Shown here one piece after another: positions 1-9,780 of a stretch of DNA of 64,000 bases. Below the pieces are notes generated by a model, which saw only the letters and a list, made by a program, of their open reading frames with translations, was not told where the DNA came from and did no database searches. How positions within the stretch are numbered: position 1 is the stretch's first letter; every line of letters begins with the position of its first letter. This DNA is from a virus (lineage: Duplodnaviria > Heunggongvirae > Uroviricota > Caudoviricetes). The DNA is taken from the IMG/VR virus record IMGVR_UViG_3300006217_000016, positions 6,503-70,502 of that record, one strand, 5' to 3'. A program made the translations under genes and the position numbers.

Positions 1-198
1 GGTATGCGATTGACCCATGGAAATCGTATCCACAGGATATTCACAGCCAACGACCATCCCGCTCTCTTTTACCTTTTCGACATCAAACTTACTGCCATTG
101 TCAGGCCATACGAGTTTTGCTGTGACCATTCTTTCACCACCTTCAACATAGGCGCGCAATACAAAAGGGCGGGCTTACGCCCGCCCCGTTGCGCTGGA

Positions 199-1794
199 TC
201 AACTTTCGATTGTCTTGAAGAAGATATCGGTTCTGCGGTTCTGCTCTGCATCGGGACCATGCGGGTCAGCGACCATGTTGGAGTTACCATTGCCGACTAC
301 AATGATGCGATTAGCATCAATTCCGTTGGCAACAAGATAATTCTTCACGGTCTTTGCACGTTCCTCAGAGAGCTTAATGCCGCCCTCTGTGTTGTTCACA
401 GAGTTGATATTGCCTTCAATCTGAATAATCGTCCCATCCAAGGTGTTTGCGATCTCAACGAATTCATGGAGAATGGAATCAGTCTCCGCCGTATCCAGGA
501 ACTTTGCGGTATCGGCAACGAAGTTGACCGTTGCGCTCTTGGAGAGCAATGCGGCTGTCTCCTTTGCAATATCACGCTGCTCCTGAGTAATCTCAGAAAC
601 AACCTTGGTGGTAGTCTGCGTATAGTGGTCAGACAGAGCCTTTACATAGCTCATATCAAACAAAGTCGCGCCGAGGTTGCGATCCACACTTTCGCCAATA
701 CTCTCCCAGATGTCGCACATATCCGAATAAATCACGGGGCAATCATTCTCCAGAGAAGCAATGTTATCTGCGTATCCCATCATACCGGCATCGCCACACT
801 GGGAGAGAATATCCTCGTCAGAAGCGTCCGCAAACATGGGCATAACGCTGCGGATATAGTCAAATTCTGTGGTATACATGGTATCCGCCGCTTGGAAGAT
901 ACCATCTGCGAACTTGGAAACGACGTCAGGATGCGCTTCAGCGAAATCGCTTCTAAACACAATGCCATCCATAATCAGCTTGTTGGAGGAGGCTGTGGAG
1001 AACAGGATATGAGAATTGGTGCTGTCCGCCGCGTTTGACAGGAACGGCTGCCAGGTCGCGGCCACATCCAGCTTGCCTGCAAAGAACGCCTGACCGGTGG
1101 CCTCGGCATCGTCCATCAGAATCATATTCTTGATGATCTCCTGCTTTGTGGTGTCAGGCAGATCGGACTTATTGACAAACCACACAACCAGTGTCTGCGC
1201 CTCGCTGAACTTCGGTACGCCAACCTTAGCGTTGGCCAGATCCTCAATGGAGTTAATACCATTCAGAGCAATGATGCCATCACCGCCATCTGAATAGTTG
1301 GTGAAAACTGGCATCACAACATCCAGACCAGCCTCCTTGAACTTGCCGGACAGGAATGCGACACGATTTATAGTATAGCCGGCGGCATTCAGGTCGCCCT
1401 TGATCAGCGCGTTGCTGGAAGAATCAGCGTCATTGATGATGTTGATGTTGACCTTAATACCCAGATTGTCAAAAATTGAACCTGACTTTGTTGTCAAGCC
1501 GCCGTTAGCGTCAATAATCGGCTTCCAACCAATCCACTCGTCCAAGGAGAGGTTGATTGTCGCGTCGCCGGTGCCCGTATGTACTGGCGTTGTTTGATTG
1601 GGAGCAGTGGAAACGCCAGGCGTCTGCGTTGTGCTCGGCTTCGGCGTGTTGGTGTTGTCTGACTGTGACGTGCCGAACAATCCGGGGTCGCGCTCAGAGA
1701 GGTATTGATACCCGAAGAACCCGGCCGTCCCAAGGATGGCAACGATCAGGACGAAGATAACAACACGCCCAGCTTTTGTCAGTCTCAATTTCAT
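199..1794 (-). CDS. Membrane-anchored SsuA/NMT1-like substrate-binding domain fused to a C-terminal OmpA_C peptidoglycan-binding domain
   Basis: N-terminal TM helix. Central region resembles sulfonate/NMT1-type periplasmic binding proteins. C-terminus has the OmpA_C signature (LSEERAKTVKNYLVANGIDANRI...NRRTDIFF). RBS GGAGGAAAG upstream of ATG. Confidence 0.65.
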   Translation of the reverse strand: MKLRLTKAGRVVIFVLIVAILGTAGFFGYQYLSERDPGLFGTSQSDNTNTPKPSTTQTPGVSTAPNQTTPVHTGTGDATINLSLDEWIGWKPIIDANGGLTTKSGSIFDNLGIKVNINIINDADSSSNALIKGDLNAAGYTINRVAFLSGKFKEAGLDVVMPVFTNYSDGGDGIIALNGINSIEDLANAKVGVPKFSEAQTLVVWFVNKSDLPDTTKQEIIKNMILMDDAEATGQAFFAGKLDVAATWQPFLSNAADSTNSHILFSTASSNKLIMDGIVFRSDFAEAHPDVVSKFADGIFQAADTMYTTEFDYIRSVMPMFADASDEDILSQCGDAGMMGYADNIASLENDCPVIYSDMCDIWESIGESVDRNLGATLFDMSYVKALSDHYTQTTTKVVSEITQEQRDIAKETAALLSKSATVNFVADTAKFLDTAETDSILHEFVEIANTLDGTIIQIEGNINSVNNTEGGIKLSEERAKTVKNYLVANGIDANRIIVVGNGNSNMVADPHGPDAEQNRRTDIFFKTIES

Positions 1795-1797
1795 CGT

Positions 1798-2541
1798 TTA
1801 CTTTCCTCCATATTTCTTTTTGAGAGATTCGAGATACTCGTCTCCGCGCATCTGCGCGGCCTTCTGCTCAGCGCGGGCAATCTTGGTGGAAGCGCGGTTC
1901 TCATGGACAATTCGCGCACCATCAACCTCCTTCTGGAGATCCCTCGACTTGTCCATCACAGCGTCAAGCATTCTGGACGTTGCGGTGTCCTTGCGGAGTT
2001 CGTCCAAGTCGCCAAGGAGATCCTTAAGCTGGCCGTTCATCTGGAGCTTTGCAACCGTCTCCTTCTTGACCCGCTTCAGATCTGTGAGCTTCTTCCCACA
2101 CGCAGCGTAGATTTGCCGTGCGTCTGCAACCATAGGTTTCAGCTTCTCTGCGCACTCCTTCTTCCGCTCGATCTCCGAAAGGATTTCGCTCCTTCGAGCG
2201 GAATAGACCTCCGCATCACTGTACTGCCCGCTTTTTACCAGACGCTCGCAGTTTGCCTCCACATCTCGCAGCTCCTTTGTGAGCCTTGCAATCGAATCCT
2301 CTGTACTTTTCAGCTCGCCAGACAGCTTATTGAATGTGGAAGCGGCTTTGTTGTAGTTGTTCTGGGCTTCTTGAATGGCCTGATTGAACACAGCTTCGGC
2401 GCCCTCCGGCGTCTTTGCCGCGTCCTCGACAAACACGTTCAGGAACCCGCCCACCAGAACCTTGATTTTCTTGCGAAACTCAGGGAAGATGAGCAAGGCC
2501 AGAAGAATAATCCCGAGAACAATGCCTAAGATCAGCTTCAT
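1798..2541 (-). CDS. pspA: PspA/IM30 family protein (phage-shock protein A-like)
   Basis: 247 aa. N-terminal TM segment then a long coiled coil with the PspA-like pattern. Sits inside the ABC transporter operon. Confidence 0.65.
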   Translation of the reverse strand: MKLILGIVLGIILLALLIFPEFRKKIKVLVGGFLNVFVEDAAKTPEGAEAVFNQAIQEAQNNYNKAASTFNKLSGELKSTEDSIARLTKELRDVEANCERLVKSGQYSDAEVYSARRSEILSEIERKKECAEKLKPMVADARQIYAACGKKLTDLKRVKKETVAKLQMNGQLKDLLGDLDELRKDTATSRMLDAVMDKSRDLQKEVDGARIVHENRASTKIARAEQKAAQMRGDEYLESLKKKYGGK

Positions 2542-3080
2542 TTGGTTTCCTCCATTCCATTACAAAATTCCACCAGACCGTCAATGACGCTGATCTCGTC
2601 AGAAACGGACTGTTTGGTGGCGTTGATAATTTCCTCGGCCTCCCTGATCTTAATATTCGCGGCCTCAATCGCCTGCTTGAGAGACTCGATGTCCGCATTG
2701 GCCTCGGAGATTTCGGCGTTGCGCTCGCCGACGATTTTGTCACGCGCCGCAGTCAGGGTCTCAATACGCTTTGCGGCGTCGTCCAAAAGATCCTGAACGG
2801 ACTTTCCAGACACCTGGAGAATGCCAGACACAGTTGCCTGCTTCTTGGCGGTCGTCATTTCAGACGGCAGCGTGGCAATGAGCGCCTGGACAGTGAAGAT
2901 AGAGTTGCTCTTATCGCTCAGATCGTTCTGGGCATAAATGTCGCTTACCACGCTCTCTGGAGAACTCACCTCCGCGTCAACATCCGGCAGGTCGCTATCG
3001 ACATTGACAGGCGCTTGATATGTGCTGTCCAGCACCGGAGCTTCGCGCTCAACAAGCCCAATTTTTTCAAATAAATTCAT
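2538..3080 (-). CDS. Coiled-coil hypothetical protein
   Basis: 180-aa ORF, translationally coupled between pspA-like and the ABC ATPase. Confidence 0.45.
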   Translation of the reverse strand: MNLFEKIGLVEREAPVLDSTYQAPVNVDSDLPDVDAEVSSPESVVSDIYAQNDLSDKSNSIFTVQALIATLPSEMTTAKKQATVSGILQVSGKSVQDLLDDAAKRIETLTAARDKIVGERNAEISEANADIESLKQAIEAANIKIREAEEIINATKQSVSDEISVIDGLVEFCNGMEETK

Positions 3081-3733
3081 GTTTCTCCTCCAAGTTTTAT
3101 AATTTTGTCACACATTTTTCGCGCTTCGTCCTCGCTGTGCGTAACCATCACGACGGTGCTGTTTGTTTCCTGATGAATGTCCATAATCAAACGCTGCATC
3201 TTCGCTCTGGTCGCATCATCCAGCGCGGACAGTGGCTCGTCCATAAGCAGATACCGAGGCCGGACAAACAGAACCCTTGCTAACGAAAGGCGCTGCTGCA
3301 TTCCACCGGACAGTTCTGTTGGATACCAATCCATATACTCGCTGAGTCCAACCTGCTCCAAGATTGCCTCTGCAACCGGCTTTAGCTCTTTTCTTTTTCG
3401 CCTCTGCCGTACTGCTATCAGAACATTGTCGATACATGTCAGCCAGTTGAAATTTGTATACCGCTGGTGCATCATATAGATGCCTTTGTCATCGTCAAAT
3501 TGAACGGAACCAGAAAGTGGCTTTATCATTTTGGACACTGTTTTCAGAAGTGTACTTTTGCCGCAACCAGACTTGCCAAGAATACCGTACACGAGGCCAT
3601 CCTCAAACGTCATGCTGATTGGCTCCATTAGAGGCTTTTGATAGCCGATTACCAAATCATTCAAGATTATCATCCAAGTACCTCCATCTGAACACGCGGT
3701 GGATAACCTTGTTCCCGATTTTGTCAAACACAT
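3077..3733 (-). CDS. ABC transporter ATP-binding protein (SsuB/TauB-like)
   Basis: Walker A GKSGCGKST, ABC signature LSGGMQQR, Walker B LLMDEP. Confidence 0.85.
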   Translation of the reverse strand: MCLTKSGTRLSTACSDGGTWMIILNDLVIGYQKPLMEPISMTFEDGLVYGILGKSGCGKSTLLKTVSKMIKPLSGSVQFDDDKGIYMMHQRYTNFNWLTCIDNVLIAVRQRRKRKELKPVAEAILEQVGLSEYMDWYPTELSGGMQQRLSLARVLFVRPRYLLMDEPLSALDDATRAKMQRLIMDIHQETNSTVVMVTHSEDEARKMCDKIIKLGGET

Positions 3734-4403
3734 AGCTGAACAGTACGATCACAATGATTGCAGCAAACACGATTGTCGTTTTACCTCTTGCGGCTCCTAC
3801 ATTTATAATGAATCCAAGACCTCTCTTGGCGTTTGTCGCTTCAACCACAGCAACGTACGTCCATCCGATTCCATACATCATCAGGAAGGAACTCATAATA
3901 GATGGGAGTGCGGCTGGCAGGAGAATTTCCGTAATGATTTCATGCTGGCGCATTCCAATGGACTTCCCTGTATCAATCAAATCCTGTGGAACATCCTCCA
4001 AGCACATGACCGTAGACGGCAGGACATATACGAAGGTGGCCAAAAATAAAAACGAGACCTTCATTGTCTCGTCAATTCCGAACCACAAAATCAGCAGAGG
4101 AGAGAACGCGGTTACAGGTATGTACCGCATGGCAGACACCACTGGCGACACCATGTCTTTCAAGAACTTTACTGAGCAGATCAGCAAGGCGAGCGGAACC
4201 GCTGTTGCCATAGAAAGTAAAGATGCCGCTGTGATTCTGGTAAGAGAATACAGCAGGCCCGGAATGAGCTGCCCTGTTCCGTACAAACCAACCAGTGCTT
4301 TCCATACAGATAGCGGAGACGGAACAAAGAGTGGGATTGTTACCATTGATCCGATCTGCCATACTGCCAAAAGGAGAAGTAATCCGAGGACCTTTTTCAT
4401 GAT
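3657..4403 (-). CDS. ABC transporter permease (SsuC-like); start placed at the internal MKKVLG
   Basis: Multi-TM protein with a binding-protein-dependent permease pattern. The ORF 3657..4454 was trimmed to avoid running into the upstream gene. Confidence 0.7.
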   Translation of the reverse strand: MMKKVLGLLLLLAVWQIGSMVTIPLFVPSPLSVWKALVGLYGTGQLIPGLLYSLTRITAASLLSMATAVPLALLICSVKFLKDMVSPVVSAMRYIPVTAFSPLLILWFGIDETMKVSFLFLATFVYVLPSTVMCLEDVPQDLIDTGKSIGMRQHEIITEILLPAALPSIMSSFLMMYGIGWTYVAVVEATNAKRGLGFIINVGAARGKTTIVFAAIIVIVLFSYVFDKIGNKVIHRVFRWRYLDDNLE

Positions 4404-4407
4404 GCAC

Positions 4408-4989
4408 CTACTCGATCCAACACCATATGGTTTCATCATCAATCCGGATGCCATCCGGATTGTCTCGAATTATCTTCGCCAGCTTATCACATTTCCACAA
4501 GGGGTATGGCTCGGTAATATCAATCCCTACATCATCCATATAGGGAAGCTTCGCGGCATCCCCAGGCTCACGGTATTCTTCATATTCCTCATTACTCTCA
4601 ACCCACACGACATCGAAAAGGAACTTCTCTGTGCTGATATCGACAGTAACGCGGCCTTCCTCCCATCTTCGCGTATCCTCAATGCCTTCTGGAGTAACAG
4701 AGAGCAGTCCCTCGTTTCTATCAACTGCATCGCGGAACTTGATACCATCAAATTTGCCGCTTTTGTCCATACGGATTCTGCTCTTTTCCTCGTCATCGAC
4801 ACCAGCTCCAGTAGCCTGCAGGATTTCGACCGCAACGCGCAGAGGATTGATCTCAGTCCTGTTTTTATAGGCTTCGATGACATTCTCCAGTATTCCGAGC
4901 GAGGAGCTTGTGTAGGCAGACCAGTGATAGTATGCGTTGGCGAGCACTTCGCCGTCATAGCATACCTCAAAGTTCAACCGCTGACCCAT
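4408..4989 (-). CDS. Hypothetical protein
   Basis: 193-aa ORF on the same strand as its neighbours. Confidence 0.45.
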   Translation of the reverse strand: MGQRLNFEVCYDGEVLANAYYHWSAYTSSSLGILENVIEAYKNRTEINPLRVAVEILQATGAGVDDEEKSRIRMDKSGKFDGIKFRDAVDRNEGLLSVTPEGIEDTRRWEEGRVTVDISTEKFLFDVVWVESNEEYEEYREPGDAAKLPYMDDVGIDITEPYPLWKCDKLAKIIRDNPDGIRIDDETIWCWIE

Positions 4990-5006
4990 ACTGTATCCCT
5001 CCCGTC

Positions 5007-5438
5007 TTATGTATATAGATGGTACTTTTTACTGATAGAGTGCGCTGTCTCATCTGGCAGAGGAGCAAACCAGATGCCGGTAAGAGTCGTCCCATCGTCT
5101 TCCTCTGGCGTCAGTTCTGTCAGACACTTATCATAAATCAGCCCGAACCCCACCCCTTCGACCAGACCAAGTTCCTCTGCAACGGTCTTCGCCTTCAACA
5201 GGTGACTTTTGTTTCTGGCCTCACAGATGGTCTTGACAAACGAGCCACAGACATAATCCTCAAAAATTTCCTTATCCACATGAACGGAGCAAGTAACAAA
5301 ATCCATTCCGTCATGTGTGATTTTTCGCCTGAGAAGATGCGTCCAATAGGCTTCAGCACAATGCGATACCTGTGCAGCCAGCTTGCCTGGAGACATGGCA
5401 AGGTCTTTTCGCATAATAAACAGACGTCTGTATCCCAT
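5007..5438 (-). CDS. PTH2-family peptidyl-tRNA hydrolase (archaeal/eukaryotic type)
   Basis: Motif MRKDLAMSPGKLAAQVSHCA is typical of the PTH2 N-terminus. Start taken at the ATG of MGYRR; the true start may be the internal MRKDL. Confidence 0.55.
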   Translation of the reverse strand: MGYRRLFIMRKDLAMSPGKLAAQVSHCAEAYWTHLLRRKITHDGMDFVTCSVHVDKEIFEDYVCGSFVKTICEARNKSHLLKAKTVAEELGLVEGVGFGLIYDKCLTELTPEEDDGTTLTGIWFAPLPDETAHSISKKYHLYT

Positions 5439-5447
5439 TGGCTTCAC

Positions 5448-5951
5448 CTAATTTCTTGATTTCTTGGAACTATGGATTTCTGTGACCTTACCGTTTGCAT
5501 AGTAAATCCTTGCGTCCGGCGTTGTCCAACCGTACTCGTCAGCAAGAAATTGCGCATATTCCTCAATATCAGCAAAACAAATGCTGCCAGTGGCATATAC
5601 ACTACGGTAGAAAATCTTATTCTCAAGCGCTGGCGCGCTGACAACCTGGAACTTTCCATAACGTTTGTTCCATTCTGCAATAGCACTGTCGCGGTCTTCG
5701 CTGCTGGCGCTCACACTGTACCCATTTGTGGCGAATTCCAGAAGATTGATTTCATCCGCATACGGAGTCCAGCGATCTCCGCAGCACGGACAATCAATTC
5801 CATCCGTAACGCCGTTCCAGTAGCATCCAAGATCTTCTGCCTTGGCGATTGCCTCCTCCTCGCTGTTCGCTTCGATGAACAACCGATGACAGACATTATC
5901 GTCCACAATGAACGAACCACCAGAGTTGTTCTGATCAAATTCATAAAACAC
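5448..5951 (-). CDS. Hypothetical protein
   Basis: 167-aa ORF; stop abuts the PTH2 start. Confidence 0.5.
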   Translation of the reverse strand: MFYEFDQNNSGGSFIVDDNVCHRLFIEANSEEEAIAKAEDLGCYWNGVTDGIDCPCCGDRWTPYADEINLLEFATNGYSVSASSEDRDSAIAEWNKRYGKFQVVSAPALENKIFYRSVYATGSICFADIEEYAQFLADEYGWTTPDARIYYANGKVTEIHSSKKSRN

Positions 5952-5962
5952 GATCTCACCTC

Positions 5963-6370
5963 TCAGTCATACCAGCACCGTACCCCATCATCACTGATAT
6001 CGAACTCATCAGCGAAACGGAACATCATAGCAAAGTCAATAATATCCTGCTGACTTGGCGCCGTTTTCTTCCCAACACCCTCAAAAGTAATTCTGAAATC
6101 GTTCCTGTCTGGGCCAATACAGTAACCGTGAACATACCATCCGTCTGTCTCCCGCTTGCGGAGAAACTCAATAATTTCTCCGGCAGTAGGGGAGTCATTC
6201 TGGGAGTCTCTCTTATCAATAACACCAACTTCCTCAAGCTGGTCGATTTGAGAAATCGTAAGTTCGTGGAAACGTCTCAGCCCGCCGCCATATTTCTCGG
6301 ATTTGTAGTCCTCACCAAAAACAATCTGGTCGCGCTGGTCGGCAAGGCTTAATCTGAAAATATCCAACAT
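5963..6370 (-). CDS. Hypothetical protein
   Basis: Start at MLDIF, preceded by AAGGAGG 8 nt upstream. Confidence 0.5.
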   Translation of the reverse strand: MLDIFRLSLADQRDQIVFGEDYKSEKYGGGLRRFHELTISQIDQLEEVGVIDKRDSQNDSPTAGEIIEFLRKRETDGWYVHGYCIGPDRNDFRITFEGVGKKTAPSQQDIIDFAMMFRFADEFDISDDGVRCWYD

Positions 6371-6383
6371 ATGTATGACCTCC

Positions 6384-6956
6384 TTAATACCACTCCCAGT
6401 AGACAAGCGCAGAAGTCTCACTTGGCGCCTCTACAAGAATGTTGTCTTCCGGGAATTCCTTATTGAAAGCCGCAATCTGCTGTTCGTTCAGCACATAGTA
6501 ACCTGTATTCTCAACGGGTTCCGGGATGTTTTTGTGGAACCAGTCTTGAATGTCGTACGCCTTACGCCAGTAACATACCTCATCCCGGTCGCACACATAG
6601 CAGGTTTCCTCGCGGTCAATGGTGTATTTGCTCTCAATCAGCTCATCTGGGATGGTCACATGTTCGCTCGCGCCGTTTTTCTTTCCATAGATGCTTGTGG
6701 CGGAGGAACCGTTGCTGTCGCAACTCCAACCTCCGATATGAGCATCTTCCAGCCCGTAGTCCTCTCCGATCTTCTTCAAATCGTAGTAATGGTTGACAAC
6801 TCGGACTTCCACGCAGTACGGTGCAAGCTGCCGGTACATTGGAGACACGATGTCCTCACTGCTAAGTACAATGCCATCAAGCTCATCTCTGTCATACACT
6901 TTCCCTTTGTCGATAGCCGGTTTTTGGATACGAAACACATTCATATCAAGTCCCAC
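6384..6956 (-). CDS. Hypothetical protein
   Basis: 190 aa. GTG start with GGGAGG 8 nt upstream. Confidence 0.5.
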   Translation of the reverse strand: MGLDMNVFRIQKPAIDKGKVYDRDELDGIVLSSEDIVSPMYRQLAPYCVEVRVVNHYYDLKKIGEDYGLEDAHIGGWSCDSNGSSATSIYGKKNGASEHVTIPDELIESKYTIDREETCYVCDRDEVCYWRKAYDIQDWFHKNIPEPVENTGYYVLNEQQIAAFNKEFPEDNILVEAPSETSALVYWEWY

Positions 6957-7521
6957 GATGATTCCTCCCTTTCGTATTTGTGCGAAAAAAATACCCGAAC
7001 CGCCATGGATTTGGTAGTCCGGGTGCTGTTTCTTATGTTCGGCTGTCTTGTTCAGAGTCAGGGTTTCCTAATTCATTTCAACCAATTTCTTTGCTCATAC
7101 GAGTAAAATTATCTGAAGAGGACGGGTACATCCTCATTATAGAATTGCGTTTTCAAGACGCAGCAATCAAAGATTTTAATTAGAACGGCGTATATGGAGG
7201 CGTGTATCGTGCTCCGCAATGTTCGAGTTGGTGAGTTTTCGAGTAGATGCTTAGAACGCCGTAACGATTTGCGTCAAAAAAAGTACGATGAACAGGTAAC
7301 GCCTACTTTCTTGATATGGATTATCAGTCCACATTTATATATTTCAAGTCCAGACCATTACCTTAAAATGGCGGAATCTTCCTGTTTTTGAAAGATTTCA
7401 TTTGAGTTCTATGGCGCACTCAATTCGCCCCGCAGCACTACACTTCGTCTGTGGCTGAAGCGGTTGAAATTTCATATTCCACTCTGACCCTGAACGAGAC
7501 AGCCGAATGGCTGTCTCATGT

Positions 7522-8160
7522 TTACTCCGCAGGGTGGGCTGCTTCGATAAACTGTGCTACGATATCCTCGAAGGAGTCGTTGACACTGTATTCGGGATCG
7601 TATTCGACAACCAGTTCCACCATCAGCTTGTCGATACTGGTGGAAACCTCGTCAGACTTTGCAACCATGGCACGGCTCGCGTCTCTGACCTTGTTCCGGT
7701 CAAAGTCGATGGTCGTAACCTGCTTGACATCGTAGTTGTACGGGACCTGATTGCCCTCGCCGTTGAACTTGTAGGCGGTTCCACGGATAACGCTCTCGGA
7801 GGGACGCGCCTTGCTCATGTCGGCAAGGACTCCAGCCACCTTTTGGCGAGTTCGATTATTGGCCAGTTCCGCGTCAATGTCGATATCGCTGGTACGCTTT
7901 GCTGCGCTGATGGCGGCCGTGAGCTTCTCCTTCTCCTTCATCAGATGCTCAAGGAAACTCACCAGTTGATTGTTGGTACAGTCGAACGGACGATCAACGA
8001 CCACCTCGACCGTCTCGTCCTCCGCCTCGTGATTTGCCTTCTTACGCAGATGCACCTGCGTCGTCTTTGTGATGTAGTTGCGGTTGCCCAGATACATTGT
8101 GGTGCGGTCAACCATCCGGCTCAGAAAATTCTGATACCGAAAAGCTTCTTTCAGATACAT
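7522..8160 (-). CDS. Hypothetical protein
   Basis: 212 aa. RBS AGAGGAGGAAT upstream. Confidence 0.5.
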   Translation of the reverse strand: MYLKEAFRYQNFLSRMVDRTTMYLGNRNYITKTTQVHLRKKANHEAEDETVEVVVDRPFDCTNNQLVSFLEHLMKEKEKLTAAISAAKRTSDIDIDAELANNRTRQKVAGVLADMSKARPSESVIRGTAYKFNGEGNQVPYNYDVKQVTTIDFDRNKVRDASRAMVAKSDEVSTSIDKLMVELVVEYDPEYSVNDSFEDIVAQFIEAAHPAE

Positions 8161-8164
8161 CCTT

Positions 8165-8485
8165 TTATTCCTCCTCTGTTGTTGGCTGATATAGACCCAT
8201 GCGGATCTCGCTCAACTTGTAATATTCAACCAGCCCGTTGTAGGACTGCACCCCGATTTCATCCGGGTCGGCAACGGTTTGGAAACCTACTAGGAAATCG
8301 CCGTTACCCAGAGGGACGCACTCAATAACGAAGCCATAGTTTGCGCTTGAATCCTCGAACATACTCTCATCCATGAAAGCCTGCTGCTGTTCATATGGCG
8401 TATACACCTTCCGGTACACCCAGAATCGAAAGATGTCGTTCTGGTGAGATCGAAAGAAATCAGATACGGACTGAAATTCAACCAT
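8165..8485 (-). CDS. Hypothetical protein
   Basis: 106 aa. RBS TTGGAGGA upstream. Confidence 0.5.
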   Translation of the reverse strand: MVEFQSVSDFFRSHQNDIFRFWVYRKVYTPYEQQQAFMDESMFEDSSANYGFVIECVPLGNGDFLVGFQTVADPDEIGVQSYNGLVEYYKLSEIRMGLYQPTTEEE

Positions 8486-8927
8486 CCTGCTCTATCCTCC
8501 AATCTTTGTACGGTTCCACGCAACGCCGCAGCTCTTCCTCTATGACCATCTGATGAAACCGCATCCATAAAGGCTCGTCGATATTCTTGTCTCCGTAACC
8601 ACCTCTATACTTTTGGTCGGTTATATCCTGGTCAAGCACGTAAAGCGTTTTCTTGGTCACATGTGGAAGGAAGGGAATGATGAAGTCGATCACAACACCA
8701 GGCATGTATGTCTGGCGGCCGATGGCATACCGAACAGCGCAGTTGAGAATGCAGCCAAAGTTATCATTGTCTGCCCTAATATGCGGAACCATTGGTTTCT
8801 TTGGTGTACTCACAGCTTTATCCCCGTCTGCTTTGGTTTTCGTGCGGCGAGTGCTTTCTGCACACGCTTCTCGCGTACTTCTGGGTTCCAACCGCACTTG
8901 TAGCAGGGTCGAAACTCCCCGGAGCAC
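8478..8927 (-). CDS. Hypothetical protein, start uncertain
   Basis: ORF has an alternative GTG start. An internal ATG at 8792 (MVPHIRADND) is an alternative. A 42-aa CxxC ORF in another frame overlaps the 5' part. Confidence 0.35.
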   Translation of the reverse strand: MLRGVSTLLQVRLEPRSTREACAESTRRTKTKADGDKAVSTPKKPMVPHIRADNDNFGCILNCAVRYAIGRQTYMPGVVIDFIIPFLPHVTKKTLYVLDQDITDQKYRGGYGDKNIDEPLWMRFHQMVIEEELRRCVEPYKDWRIEQDG

Positions 8928-8964
8928 TCAATCATCTTGTTATGTACGCAGTTATTTGATTCCT

Positions 8965-9294
8965 TCATTCATCTACCTCCTCAAACAAGATACAATCCCG
9001 GACAATTCTGCGTTCCCAACTGAGGTCATCAAATGTTGGCCATCTTTTCCAATCGTACTGATCCGTACAGTCGCCGGTTATGTCATAGATATGGCCATCA
9101 ATCCGGCATCCGAAATGGTTGACAGGAGCATCATAGACGATTGCTACATTAGCATCCCACTCATACTGCTTGAAACGTTCGTATAAAATCTTGGCGAACC
9201 AATAGCACGCTCCGCAAGTGAAGATTTTGATGACCTCCTGATACTTCCCGTCGTTGGTAAAGCGAGAAATAAAAGACAAGACCTTTTGTTCCAT
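8965..9294 (-). CDS. Hypothetical protein
   Basis: 109 aa. ATG overlaps the upstream stop (TGATG coupling). Confidence 0.5.
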   Translation of the reverse strand: MEQKVLSFISRFTNDGKYQEVIKIFTCGACYWFAKILYERFKQYEWDANVAIVYDAPVNHFGCRIDGHIYDITGDCTDQYDWKRWPTFDDLSWERRIVRDCILFEEVDE

Positions 9295-9776
9295 CAGAAG
9301 TGATAGTCAACAACGCCGCCCAAATAGTACGTCCCCAGCGGCTCTACCGTGCGCATCCACTGCTGCATTGTATACAGTTCATCTTCATTCCACACATAAA
9401 AGCCGAATTGATCACTGTACGATTTTTTCAGGTCGTACATAGCCGAGTCAAGGCCGCAACAGACGGTTGATTTTGCAACAAATTGATTGAAGTCAATTTT
9501 TGACAGAGCATCGACCGCCTTCTTAAACTTCTCAAAATATTCGTCAAAGTAGTCGCCAATATCAATTTTGAATGTGAGCGTATCGCCGTCTCTGGTACAC
9601 ACCCGGCCGAAACTCGTACTCATCAACCATTCAAGTTCTTCATTGCGGTTCTCGTCGCTAACATCGGAAACATAATCAGCGATGGAACCAGTGAACCACT
9701 CTGGAATAGAATCTGCGCAGATGCGGTCTTCTACATCGACTGGCAAGCTCTCAATTTGAAAAATTCTGCTGTGCAT
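9294..9776 (-). CDS. Hypothetical protein
   Basis: 160 aa. RBS AAGGGTGA upstream. Confidence 0.5.
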   Translation of the reverse strand: MHSRIFQIESLPVDVEDRICADSIPEWFTGSIADYVSDVSDENRNEELEWLMSTSFGRVCTRDGDTLTFKIDIGDYFDEYFEKFKKAVDALSKIDFNQFVAKSTVCCGLDSAMYDLKKSYSDQFGFYVWNEDELYTMQQWMRTVEPLGTYYLGGVVDYHF

Positions 9777-9780
9777 CGTA

